Shown here piece after piece: positions 18,949 to 29,148 of a stretch of DNA of 64,000 nt; the first letter of the stretch is position 1, and each line of letters starts with the position of its first letter. The position numbers and the translations under genes are program-made. The notes beneath the pieces were generated by a model. It was not told where the DNA came from and did not search any database. It was given only the letters and a program-made list of their open reading frames with translations. Source of the DNA: a candidate division FCPU426 bacterium (GTDB lineage Bacteria; Oederibacteriota; Muellerivitia; Muellerivitales; Muellerivitaceae); contig CAWCKJ010000006.1 in assembly GCA_963796105.1 (NCBI GenBank), forward strand, positions 64,001 to 128,000, in the 5' to 3' direction.

Positions 18949-19660
18949 CTCGAGTATCTTGGAACCTTGGAACTTTGGAACTGGCCTGGAACCACCGAAA
19001 TTCGAGAATCTTGAAACCTTGGAACTCTGGAACTCGCCTGGAACCACCGAAATTCGAGTATCTTGGAACCTTGGAACTTTGGAACTGGCCTGGAACCACC
19101 GAAGTTCGAGAATCTTGGAACCTTGGAACTCTGGAACGCGCCTGGAACCACCGAATTTCGAGAATCTTGGAACCTTGGAACTCTGGAACTCGCCTGGAAC
19201 CACGACACCCGGGAAACCTGGAACTCTGGAACTCCTGGAACCGGCCTGGAACCACGACACCCGGGAATCCTGGAACTCTGGAACTCCTGGAACCGGCCTG
19301 GAACCACGACACCCGGGAAACCTGGAACTCTGGAACTCCTGGAACCGGCCTGGAACCATGACACCCGGGAAACCTGGAACTCTGGAACTCCTGGAACCGG
19401 CCTGGAACCACGACACCCGGGAATCCTGGAACTCTGGAACTTCTGGAACCGGCCTGGAACCACGACACCCGGGAATCCTGGAACTCTGGAACTCCTGGAA
19501 CCGGCCTGGAACCACGACACCCGGGAATCCTGGAACTCTGGAACTTCTGGAACCGGCCTGGAACCACGACACCCGGGAAACCTGGAACTCTGGAACTCCT
19601 GGAACCGGCCTGGAACCACGACACCCGGGAAACCTGGAACTCTGGAAATCCTGGAACTGG
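18949..19660. repeat. 52-bp tandem satellite, ~13.6 copies, two subtypes, rich in TGGAAC
   Basis: Units at 18951, 19003, 19055, 19107, 19159 (type A), then 19201, 19253 onward (type B); resumes briefly at 22432 after IS21. Confidence 0.95.
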
Positions 19661-19823
19661 TGTCATTGGCCGCGAGCTTTAACCCCCTAGCTGGCCAAGC
19701 ACTTTGACCCCACCTCTGGCCAGTCACTTTGACCCCCTGTCTGGCCACCGACTTTGACCCCCTTGCCAAGGGCCTCTCTAACCGTCATTCCTTTCTTTTT
19801 TCACTTCATGTGAGGAGAACGGC

Positions 19824-21380
19824 ATGACCCGACAAGGGAGGCAGAGCGACATGGCGACTATTCGTGAGATTTTGAGGACTTACCAGGCCTTGGGCGGGTT
19901 CAAACCCACTGCCCGGGCCCTGGGATGCAATAAGCACACGGTCAAGCAATACGTGCGTTGGGCGAAAGAACATGGCTTTCTCCAAGGGGAACTTCCCCTG
20001 GAAAAGGATTTGGCGAAGGCTTGGGAAGACGGCGAAAAATCCACGCCCGTTCCCGCTCATGCCTTGGAGGCCCTCAAGGGAATCATCCAAGAATGGTTGA
20101 AGGAAGATTTCACCTTGATTCGCATCCAGGAGATGCTTCAAGAGCGGCACGGGTGGAAGGGGAGTTACTCGACCCTGAAGAGGTATACGGAGCCTTTTCG
20201 CAATGAGAAACCCGCCTACGTGAGGCTGGAGGTTGCGCCCGGCGAGGAGGCCCAAGTGGATTTCGGGCTTTTGGGCCGCTTGTGGGACGAGACGCGTGGC
20301 AAGCAAGCCAAGGCCTGGGTTTTCGTGATGACCCTTTCCCATTCCCGGCATATGTACGCCGAGATTGTATTCGCACAGGACGTGAGAACCTGGATCGCCT
20401 GCCACCGCCGGGCTTTCGAGTTCTTCAATTCAGTCCCTAAAAAAATCGTAATCGATAACCTGAAAAGCGCCATCGTCAAGGCGGCCCTCTATGATCCCTT
20501 GGCCAACCGTACCTACGTGGAATGCGCCAACCATTACGGCTTCATCATCTCCCCTTGCCGCGTCGCCACTCCACGCCACAAGGGTAAAGTTGAACGCGGC
20601 GTGCCCTATGTCCGTAATTCCTTCTTCAAGGGTCGTTCCTTCCAGGGCCGCACCGATGCCAACCATCAACTCCGCGATTGGGTGATGAACAAGGCAGGTT
20701 TACGGGATCATGGCACCACCCGGCTTCAACCCTTGGCCGTCTTCCAGAGCGTGGAACAGAAGGCCCTTTTGCCCCTGCCTACCGCGGCTTACCATCCAAC
20801 TTTCTTCAAAGAAGCCACTCTGCACCCCGATTGCCACGTAGTCGTGGAAGGTTCCTATTACTCGGCTCCCTACCGTCTTCGGGGCCAAAAACTACTGGCC
20901 CAATTAACCGACACCACCGTTGATATATTTCTCAAACACGAATGCGTGGCTTCCCACGCCAAGGCCACACGCAAGGGAACCTGGCGCACCAACCCGGGCC
21001 ACTATCCCCCTGAAAAAGCGGTCTTCTTGGAACGAACCCCACAATGGTGCCTCAAACAGGCCCAGGCCATTGGACCTAATACCCATCAATTAATCCAACT
21101 CCTGCTGGAACACTCCCACCCCCTGGACCACCTGCGCAAAGCCCAGGGCATCCTGCGCTTGAGGGAAAAGTACCTGCCTTCCCGCCTGGAGGCAGCCTGT
21201 CTAAGGGCCCTCCATTTCGGAAACTACACGTACCAATCCATCAAAAACATCCTTCAAAAGAACCTCGATCAAAACCCGTTGGAACCGCCGTCGGATCCTT
21301 CACTCAAACCCCAGTCGTCTTTCGATTTCGCCCGGCCCGCGGAGGATTTCCTCCGTGCCTTGGCTCTGGATAAAAATTGA
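19824..21380 (+). CDS. istA: IS21 DDE transposase
   Basis: PGEEAQVDFG, IVIDNLKSA, KGKVERGV, YSAPY; start may be 19851. Confidence 0.95.
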   Translation: MTRQGRQSDMATIREILRTYQALGGFKPTARALGCNKHTVKQYVRWAKEHGFLQGELPLEKDLAKAWEDGEKSTPVPAHALEALKGIIQEWLKEDFTLIRIQEMLQERHGWKGSYSTLKRYTEPFRNEKPAYVRLEVAPGEEAQVDFGLLGRLWDETRGKQAKAWVFVMTLSHSRHMYAEIVFAQDVRTWIACHRRAFEFFNSVPKKIVIDNLKSAIVKAALYDPLANRTYVECANHYGFIISPCRVATPRHKGKVERGVPYVRNSFFKGRSFQGRTDANHQLRDWVMNKAGLRDHGTTRLQPLAVFQSVEQKALLPLPTAAYHPTFFKEATLHPDCHVVVEGSYYSAPYRLRGQKLLAQLTDTTVDIFLKHECVASHAKATRKGTWRTNPGHYPPEKAVFLERTPQWCLKQAQAIGPNTHQLIQLLLEHSHPLDHLRKAQGILRLREKYLPSRLEAACLRALHFGNYTYQSIKNILQKNLDQNPLEPPSDPSLKPQSSFDFARPAEDFLRALALDKN

Positions 21381-21393
21381 GGAGGAAGCATAT

Positions 21394-22173
21394 ATGGAAA
21401 ATAAACATCAGTTGGAGCCGCACCTGAGAAGGTTAAAACTCGCAGGAATGTTGGAGACGCTGGAAATCCGAAACCAGCAGGCCATTGAATCCCAGATCGG
21501 TTATATGGATTTCCTGGGCCAGTTACTGTTGGATGAGCTGGAGCGCCGCCAAGTGGGCCAACTCCAAAGAAGGCTGAAAAAGGCGGGCTTCTCAACCCAT
21601 ATGACTCTAACGGGGTTCGATTTCGCCTTCAACCCGGCCATCAACCGGCAACAAATCCTGGATTTGGGTACTTGTTCTTTCGTGGAGCGAAAAGAGAACC
21701 TATTTTTCATCGGTCCCTCAGGTGTGGGCAAAACCCATTTGGCCTGCGCTTTGGCCCATGAAGTCTGCCGCAAGGGTTATGAGGTACTCTTTATCAAGAC
21801 CTCGCATGCGGCCCAACGATTAGCGGCCTCGCGCGGGGACGGTACCCGGGAAAACCGATTCGCATCCTTCCTGAAACCCGACCTCTTGATCCTGGACGAC
21901 TGGGGTCTCAAGCCCTTCGACACCAAGGTCGCCGAGGATTTTTACGACATCATCTGTGAGCGTTATGAAAAGGGCTCCTTGATTTTTACCACCAACCGCA
22001 GTCTGCGGGAGTGGCCGGAGCTTTTCGGCGACGCCCTCCTAGCCTCGGCTGCCATGGACCGCCTGGTCCACCATGCCACTGCCGTCGTCATTCAGGGCCC
22101 TTCCTTTCGGACCCGTTCCATGCGCGAAGAAATGAAAAAAGAACACAGCAGGGAAAAAGAGGCAAAACTATGA
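21394..22173 (+). CDS. istB: IS21 helper AAA+ ATPase
   Basis: GPSGVGKTHLA Walker A, LLILDDWG Walker B, MDRLVHH; ggagg RBS before ATG 21394. Confidence 0.95.
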   Translation: MENKHQLEPHLRRLKLAGMLETLEIRNQQAIESQIGYMDFLGQLLLDELERRQVGQLQRRLKKAGFSTHMTLTGFDFAFNPAINRQQILDLGTCSFVERKENLFFIGPSGVGKTHLACALAHEVCRKGYEVLFIKTSHAAQRLAASRGDGTRENRFASFLKPDLLILDDWGLKPFDTKVAEDFYDIICERYEKGSLIFTTNRSLREWPELFGDALLASAAMDRLVHHATAVVIQGPSFRTRSMREEMKKEHSREKEAKL

Positions 22174-22587
22174 GAAACCCATCGTTCGATGCTGTCTTAT
22201 TCGTGCAATCTTGCGCCTATTGGTTACGGGATTTGCGCGGGACTTCGTATCATCCAATGTTGGGGAAGCAAAACGCATCTTGTGAAAGGAGTTTGATGGG
22301 TCTAAATTAATCTAAAAAAGAGGCCCCGCAAGGCAGGGGTCGAAGTCCCCGAAACAGGCACCCCTCGAAGTGCCCAAAAGAGGGGGGGCAAAGTAGGCGG
22401 CCAGGGGGGTTAAAGTGGCTGGCCAGTGACAACTGGCCTGGAACCGTAGAAAACAGGGGATATTGGCTGACTCAAGAACAAATGAAGGGGTTTTATATGG
22501 CTCAAGGATTATCTGAAGTTTTGGAATGGTTGGGTCAGGTAGAGGTTATTAAAAACCAATTACAAAAGGATCCTCAATGCCCCAGGG

Positions 22588-22854
22588 CAAGCCGAGATAA
22601 CCTGGGAACAGCAGGACTTAAGCCGGGAACAAGCCGAGATAACCCGGGAACAGCAGGACTTAAGCCGGGAACAGGCTGAGATAATCCGGGAACAGCAGGA
22701 CTTAAGCCGGGAACAGGCGGGGATAACCTGGGAACAGGAAGACTTAAGCCAGGAACAGGCTGAGATAACCCGGGAATAGCTGGACTTAAGCCGGGAACAA
22801 GCCGAGATAACCCGGGAACAGCAGGACTTAAGCCGGGAACAGGCTGAGATAACC
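22588..22854. repeat. 42-bp (2x21) tandem repeat, ~6.4 copies
   Basis: caagccgagataacccgggaacagcaggacttaagccgggaa unit; one frame reads (EQAEITREQQDLSR)n with a TAG at 22777. Confidence 0.9.
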
Positions 22855-22970
22855 ACGGGAACTACTGGGGTGAATCGGCCTGATAAGCACTTTTGTTTTG
22901 GTTTATTCCCCGAATTGTTGGGTGTAGGCTTATAGGGCGATTAAGGATTTTTGAATAAAAGGATAAAGAT

Positions 22971-23564
22971 TTGAGTCCCCTCCATTATGGGCCGTCGGAT
23001 ATCAATAATCCCCGTTATCTTCCTTTCGCTAATGTCCCGGAAAGTTTCTGGCTGACCAAGGTACTCTTGTTTGATTTCGATTGGATTGTGCGGGAAGCGG
23101 CCGAAGATAACCGTGCAATGCCGGACCACCCGGAAATCCAAACCAGTAGTGAAGATTTAAAGAAAACCTTTTTAACCTTGAGAGGGTATGAAATCCGCTT
23201 AGGAATCACTTCCAATTTGAAACAAGAAATCGTGATTCCCGAGCTGTCACGGTTGAAATTAGCGGATGACTTTGACTGCATCCGCTGTTTGGGGGACACG
23301 AGTAACCCAAAGCCGTTCGCGGAACTTCACATGGCCGCTTTGGAGACATTGGGCGTCCGCCCAGCCAGGGCATTGGCTTTTGAAACGACAGAAGCGGGGG
23401 TCAAAGCCGCGAAGACCGCCGGGATCTTTTGCGTGACCATGGGAGATTCGCCAAAAGGGGATTATGTTTTGAAATCCTTGCTGGAGAGACCCATCCTGCA
23501 TGTTTTAGAGGAAATGGATCGGTTAAATCGTTCTTGTCAGAGTTTGAATGTGTCCGTTAAGTGA
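22971..23564 (+). CDS. HAD-family hydrolase-like protein
   Basis: VLLFDFD motif I, KP motif III, ALAFE..EAGVKAAKTAGI; start uncertain. Confidence 0.7.
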   Translation: MSPLHYGPSDINNPRYLPFANVPESFWLTKVLLFDFDWIVREAAEDNRAMPDHPEIQTSSEDLKKTFLTLRGYEIRLGITSNLKQEIVIPELSRLKLADDFDCIRCLGDTSNPKPFAELHMAALETLGVRPARALAFETTEAGVKAAKTAGIFCVTMGDSPKGDYVLKSLLERPILHVLEEMDRLNRSCQSLNVSVK

Positions 23565-23865
23565 ATGAACTGCTTCTGCTTGACCAAATTGTTGCTGCTT
23601 TTCGTCTGTTTTACCCCTCCTGCTGGGGCTTATTTCCCGGCGCGAGAGGCGGATTTACCATCGCTACTAAACAAAAAACACGGAAAGACTTTTGTTACAC
23701 CCCACAACCCACTAAGGTGAATGGAAAGATTTGGCCTATATTAGGCAAATACCTTAAAATTTTTATTTCAAATGAAGATATCTCTAGGCATGAATTAAGG
23801 GGCCTTCTGAACCTTTAAAACGGGTTGATAAAATTCGTTTTATTTTTATCATGAGGTATTAAGCG

Positions 23866-24099
23866 ATGAAAACGACGAATTATTTCCAGAATCAAGTTTT
23901 AAGAAAAAGGCCATATATCAAAATGAAGTGGGTGGAAAGTGCCTTTAAAAACCCAATAAAACTGGAGACGCAACCGGATGGACGAATCCGGGCTTGGATT
24001 TAGGTGGAGGAAATGGGAAAATACTTGCGAGTAGTTTTTCTTGAAGACGGTGAGAGTGTCCATAACGCTTTCTTCGATAGGGGATTTAAGGGGGTATGA
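23866..24099 (+). pseudogene. Putative small type II toxin gene with premature TAG at 24001
   Basis: MKTTNYF...RKRPYIK...DGRIRAWI*VEEMGKYLRVVFLEDGESVHNAFFDRGF; directly upstream of a DUF2283-like gene. Confidence 0.7.
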
Positions 24100-24100
24100 A

Positions 24101-24313
24101 ATGAAACTTCATTACGACCGTGAAACCGATTCGCTTTACATCGAATTAATGGAAAAACCGGGTGTTGACAGCGAAGAAGTGGAAGACGGGATTGTATTGG
24201 ATTTCGATAAAAACCGTCATTTGGTTGGAATCGATGTCCAACACGCTAGCAAGAACATTGATTTGAAGCATTTAGAGGCAGGTTCTTTGCCTTTGGTTGG
24301 GGCTGGTAAATAA
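24101..24313 (+). CDS. DUF2283-like putative antitoxin
   Basis: MKLHYDRETDSLYIEL...GIVLDFDKNRHLVGIDV. Confidence 0.8.
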   Translation: MKLHYDRETDSLYIELMEKPGVDSEEVEDGIVLDFDKNRHLVGIDVQHASKNIDLKHLEAGSLPLVGAGK

Positions 24314-25132
24314 AGCTAGACCTATGACGGATCAGGAAATATCAGCGATAAAAGATCACCTTAACAATTTAGAAAAACAGGGACCCCGCAAAGGCAGGAT
24401 AAGGCTTTTACGGGGTTTTTCTTTTTATGACTGATCTAACATTGAAGCTCTACCCTTTGATCGGGGAGACGGTCAAAAGTCCAAAGCCAGCCGATCCGAC
24501 GGGGGGTGTGAACTACACCATAACTTTGTATGGAATCGCTTAACCAGAACGGTTACTTAAAAATTTTGTTTTGATATAGGATTGTTAGAAACCCAGGCAA
24601 TTCCTCGTAAAGGCTTGTATAACATCCCGGTATTGGTAAGCAACGCTGGGAAAATCGTTGTGGTTGATCCCCTTAATTTCCAACCATTGTTTTGGTTCTA
24701 CGGCCAACTTGAAAACCTCCCGCCCTAATTCGATAGGAATAACCGTATCCTTTTCCGCATGAAGCTCCAGAAGGGGACAGGCGCGGTTTTGGACATAGTT
24801 GCCGGTCTCGAATTTGTCCCAAATCAGGAAGGACGGCAAAATCAGCCAAGGGTTTCTTTGTCGGCTGATAGATTTCATGGAGGGGAAAGCACCCTCGAGG
24901 ATGAGTCCCGCCGGATGGTTTTGGGTGGCTAGTTTCGCGGCCACGGATGAGCCTAGGGAATGACCCCAGATCATGATCCGCTTTTCTGGGATGCTTTTTG
25001 CCTTTAACCATTCGTAAGCGGCCTGGGCATCGGTATCTAGGGATTGTTCGCTTAAGTCTCCCTGGCAGCTGGAACCATAGCACCTGTAATCGAATAAAAG
25101 GGAGTCGAAGCCGAAATCGTAGAATATTTTTG

Positions 25133-26120
25133 AATGCCTCTCCAAACGGTACCTGTTGAAATAAAGGAATACAGGAGTATACTCATTGTTGGAGGGGCAA
25201 ATTATGAACTACCAACGGATGAAGGGGATTGAGATTTTCAAGGAAATCGATACAGAAGAAAAGGCACGTCAATGGGTGTGGAAGAGCCGTTTTGCCGGAA
25301 AAGACTTTGTTTGCCCACAATGTGAAGGAGAAAGTTTCTGGCAACACAAAAACCGCCCCGAAGTGCGGGAATGTGACTATTGTCGAAAGCAAATACGGCT
25401 TCGAGCCGGAACGATCTTCCGGAAATCCAAGATCCCAATCTTAACCTGGTTGAGGATGATTGGATTGGTGATGCAAGGGAAAAGGGGCATTTCAGCCCTG
25501 GAACTTCAGCGGCAATTGGGAATGCCCTCCTACGATACCGTTTGGAGGATGTTGCATAAGATTCGGGAAAGTCTTCGACAAAGGGATGAAAATTACCAAC
25601 TCAAGGAAATCATTGAGTTGGATGGGGCTGTATTCGGCAAGAGAGAAAAGGAAAACCAGGCTGAAGTGCTGGTGGCGGTTGAAAGCAAAGAATGGATAGA
25701 TGAGAAAGGGCGCAAAAAAGAGAAAGCGGGTTTTGCAAAGATAAAGGTGACCGCAGAAACCAAGTGGGAAGCCCAAGCATTCGTCGATCAAGCAATCCAG
25801 AAAGGCGCCATGATAAACACGGATGCCAGTCCCAGCTTGAGAAACTTGGAAAACGTGGATGTGGAGTACCAGGTAACAGCCAATGACCCAGTGGTGTTAA
25901 ATCACTGGTTACCTTGGGTCCACCGATTCATTTCCAACGCCAAGGCTTGGATCCTAGGAACCCATCATGGAGTCAACGTGAAATATCTGCCTGGATACTT
26001 GAGCGAATATACTTATCGGTTCAATCGTCGCCATGACCCAGATTCCTTATTTCACCGGGCCTTAACCGCTTGCGCTTTGGCAAAACCCATTACTGCGCAA
26101 GCGTTGTTCGGATAGGCATG
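25133..26120 (+). mobile_element. IS1595-family insertion sequence
   Basis: IRs atgcctctccaaac / gttcggataggcat; 8-bp duplication TATTTTTG at 25125-25132 and 26121-26128. Confidence 0.92.
25204..26115 (+). CDS. IS1595-family transposase
   Basis: Zinc ribbon CPQC...CDYC, IELDG, INTD, YLSEYTYRFNRR. Confidence 0.92.
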   Translation: MNYQRMKGIEIFKEIDTEEKARQWVWKSRFAGKDFVCPQCEGESFWQHKNRPEVRECDYCRKQIRLRAGTIFRKSKIPILTWLRMIGLVMQGKRGISALELQRQLGMPSYDTVWRMLHKIRESLRQRDENYQLKEIIELDGAVFGKREKENQAEVLVAVESKEWIDEKGRKKEKAGFAKIKVTAETKWEAQAFVDQAIQKGAMINTDASPSLRNLENVDVEYQVTANDPVVLNHWLPWVHRFISNAKAWILGTHHGVNVKYLPGYLSEYTYRFNRRHDPDSLFHRALTACALAKPITAQALFG

Positions 26121-26519
26121 TATTTTTGAGACTTCAGCCAAATCCGAAAGGCAGGCCGCGTTCCCATGGCAATACAAAAGAACCGGCCTTTGAATTCCTG
26201 ATTTGGAATGTGAAACCCACCAACCGGTCAAGACGACGCCATCGGGGGTCCTAAAACTCACCGGTTGATAGGGAACCGAATAATTGCCTGGAGTGGTGCT
26301 ATTTAGCCCTTTTGGATGGTAAATTAGCTGTCTTTGGAAGGCCACATAAGCCCCGGCCACGGATAGGTAAGCCAATAAAACCGGAATGAGTAATATTTTG
26401 AGGAGCTTCATCAGGGTCCCAAAGTGTTATTTTTTCGGTGATTTTAACAAAAAATACATCCCCAAACCGGTTTTTAAGGCTAATAATAGTGACGGTAAAA
26501 ATCAAAGGACCTAAAAAGT

Positions 26520-26888
26520 ATGCGATTGAATTTCAACAAGATCAGGCCCATCCGGACAAAAATAAGCCAGGAGGAATGGGGAAGCATGGAATGGCTGATG
26601 GACGACACCCTCGTTCCGGAAGTCGGGATGAGCGCGGCGATTATGACAGTCCATGCGGGTAAAACTTCCCCCGCTCACGCGCACTCCAACTGCCATGAGT
26701 TCATCCATGTCATAGAAGGTTCTATAGAGGTGAATTTCGGGAATAACGAAAGAATTATACTGAATCCCGGGGATTCTTCCTTGAATCCCGCGGGAAATCC
26801 CCACGGGATCAAGAACGTCGGGGAAGTGGAAGCGCGGATGTTTCTTTCCTATTCGGCGGGACGCCGTAAATACGAGACCGTGCCTTAA
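26520..26888 (+). CDS. Cupin-domain protein
   Basis: PAHAHSNCHEFIHVIEG...PAGNPHGIKN. Confidence 0.85.
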   Translation: MRLNFNKIRPIRTKISQEEWGSMEWLMDDTLVPEVGMSAAIMTVHAGKTSPAHAHSNCHEFIHVIEGSIEVNFGNNERIILNPGDSSLNPAGNPHGIKNVGEVEARMFLSYSAGRRKYETVP

Positions 26889-27165
26889 AATAAAATCTAG
26901 TGAACAAAGATAAATAAAATCAGGAGTTCTTAAGTCCAAAAGGCGTTAAGCAAAACCAAGTCCTTTGCCACGGATTCAGGGGATGCACTCGGATAAGACA
27001 AAAAAGGCTATAAATCTTTATTTTTATTAAATCCCATGAATCCCATGCATCTGTCCCCTTTGGCCCTTTAGGCCAAAGAAATCGGGACAATACCAATCTC
27101 ATTATTTTTTTATAGAAGATTGGCATGTGGCTAGAGTCTATTGTGGACAGTTTTGATGTTAGAAA

Positions 27166-28824
27166 CTAAATTTCAATAAACAGACTCTTTTCTTTCGTCA
27201 GGCTTACCATTCCCAAAGGGCCTCCTGGGATCCTCTTGACGTTCTTTTTCTCGGTGTAAATCACGGTCACCTTGCTCCCTTTAGAGGCCTTGCTATGGGA
27301 CGCGGCCATTTTGGCGGCTTTCAGGATCAGCTCCTCCGAAGCCACGGCATTGCGTTGAAGCCTGCGAAGGATGACATGCGCTCCCGGCATATCCCGCACA
27401 TGAAACCATAGGTCATCGGGCTGGGCCAATTGGAAGGTGACGTATTCATTGGCCGCGGCTGAGGCTCCGGCGCAAATCTCGTATTCTTTTCCGATTTGTT
27501 CCCGCAGGATATTGGGCGTGGGTACTTTGGCCTCAACGGATTTTTTAGGCTTGGCTTGGGGCTCCTTTTTCAACGGGAACAAGGCCCGATGGGCGTTTCG
27601 AATCTCCAACACATCCTTGAGGGCTGGCAGGCTTCTTTGCGCGGCTTTCAAGTTCTCAATGCGGTCCTTGATTTCCTTTTCCCGTTTCTCTACCTGGGCC
27701 AAGCCACGGGACCCCTTCTGGGCCTTTTTAAAAAATCTCTGGGCGTTTTTAAGGGGGGTGATTTCCGGGTCGAGGGGAATAGGGACAATCGTCTTGGTTC
27801 CCCGGACCAAATCCTCAAGGTCCGCCTGGCTCGAGTGGAGCTTGATTTTATGAAGCTGGGACATGACCAATTCCCCCCACCATTGGTACTGGTCGGCTTT
27901 CTCCGCCTCGGCACGGTCTTTTTTCAATTTTTCCACGATTCGTTTTTCATGCTTGAGGGCTTTGGCGATATCCGTCTCGAGTTTCGTCTTGGCCGAAGCC
28001 AATTGTCCCTGGTGGGATTCAAGGGTTAGCAGGCGCTCCAAGGCTTGGCTGGCGGTCGAAAAAGACTGCCGTTCTACCTTCGTTGGGATGTCTTCTGGAA
28101 AAATCTTCAGGAATGGGGGAGATCCCGCGAAAAGGGTGAAATGCCCCCATCCTTTATCCAAGATTTCCTCTTTCAAATGCTCCCATTGCTCAAAGGCATG
28201 AGACCCAAAGCAATCCAGGAAAGAGGCTAATTCCGGATCGGTACCCCTAAAAGAATTACGAATCCAATCAGCAATTGGAGGTTTTTCCGATTTTTCCCAT
28301 AGGGCGGCCAGTTCCTGGCGGGTTAAATCCCAGAAGTTGGATTTTTCCAATGGCTGAGGCGGGGGAGCATAGGGAACCTGGGGAAGAACCGGCCGCTCCA
28401 CTTCCTCCTTGTATCGGAGGGCGCTGATGATGAGGCCATCGTGTCCCACCAGTATCAAGTTCGGGTATTTCGGAATTCCCTCAAAAACCAATTGATAAGT
28501 TCCCTCATGGGTTTTGAAAAGGAAAAATAAGATCCGCTCACCGGGTTTGTAACGTATGTCCTCTACTTGGGCGTATTCAAGGTGTTTGCGGAGGGAACGG
28601 CAGAAGTTTGGGGGCTTTTGAAGGGCGGATCGTTTTTCCGTGGATAAGAACAGAAATGGATTCCTGGGAAGGATGGAAGCCACCAGGTGGCGGTTGGCCC
28701 GGTCCGGATGATAAAAAGTCAGCTCCAGGGTTTCGTTCGCGGATTGGGAGATGTGGGATAGGCGCGATGAGAGTATTGATTTTTTTAATTCCCGGGATAG
28801 AACGGCCAATAAGAGAGGGGTCAA
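27166..28824 (-). CDS. rqcH: NFACT/RqcH (Rqc2, FbpA-like) ribosome quality-control protein
   Basis: NFCRSLRKHL, ERIL, NAQRFFKKAQK, DDLWFHVRDMPGAHVIL. Confidence 0.85.
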   Translation of the reverse strand: MTPLLLAVLSRELKKSILSSRLSHISQSANETLELTFYHPDRANRHLVASILPRNPFLFLSTEKRSALQKPPNFCRSLRKHLEYAQVEDIRYKPGERILFFLFKTHEGTYQLVFEGIPKYPNLILVGHDGLIISALRYKEEVERPVLPQVPYAPPPQPLEKSNFWDLTRQELAALWEKSEKPPIADWIRNSFRGTDPELASFLDCFGSHAFEQWEHLKEEILDKGWGHFTLFAGSPPFLKIFPEDIPTKVERQSFSTASQALERLLTLESHQGQLASAKTKLETDIAKALKHEKRIVEKLKKDRAEAEKADQYQWWGELVMSQLHKIKLHSSQADLEDLVRGTKTIVPIPLDPEITPLKNAQRFFKKAQKGSRGLAQVEKREKEIKDRIENLKAAQRSLPALKDVLEIRNAHRALFPLKKEPQAKPKKSVEAKVPTPNILREQIGKEYEICAGASAAANEYVTFQLAQPDDLWFHVRDMPGAHVILRRLQRNAVASEELILKAAKMAASHSKASKGSKVTVIYTEKKNVKRIPGGPLGMVSLTKEKSLFIEI

Positions 28825-29148
28825 TCATTTTTCCTGTTTAAGGAGTTGGAGAGAATTTTACCATCGCGTTCCTTGATAGAATACCTGTAAAACATCCATT
28901 CTTGAAATAGAATCCAAAATCGGTAGTGTGTTAGTTCGATTTTTAATTTGGATGTCTTCGCGGGATAAAACTTTAAGCATTATTTAAACTTAGGTTGCTT
29001 CGTCATGATCACCCCGCTATACGCGGGGCATTCCTCGCAATGACAGCAAAACTGAGACGCAACTCATAACCGAAAGGTTTGACAGCTTTTGGAGAGGGCT
29101 TTAAACTGGGAATATTGTTGGATAAAAGATCCAGGGGAGGAACGTAAT

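Larger units (their letters stand above)
19661..22431 (+). mobile_element. IS21-family insertion sequence
   Basis: TGTCA...TGACA ends, repeated ctttgacccc sub-terminal sites, 5-bp target duplication ACTGG (19656-19660, 22432-22436), istA-istB pair. Confidence 0.95.
24585..26411 (-). pseudogene. Alpha/beta hydrolase interrupted by IS1595
   Basis: 5' part (LLYCHGNA...LAEVSKI) rejoins 3' part (SKIFYDFG...DYRCYG, WGHSLG, HND) in frame once the IS and one target copy are removed. Confidence 0.9.

Noticed and set aside
18901..19769. Six overlapping ORFs on both strands
   Set aside because: By-products of an almost stop-free 52-bp satellite; no RBS or recognisable domain.
24041..24100. N-terminal extension of the DUF2283-like ORF
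   Set aside because: Overlaps the toxin pseudogene frame; ATG 24101 fits the domain start.
28993..29046. ggttgcttcgtc...cctcgcaatgac palindromic element (also ctctgtg-type motifs near 11970 and 26970)
   Set aside because: Resemble common intergenic repeats but occur once each here; not enough support.
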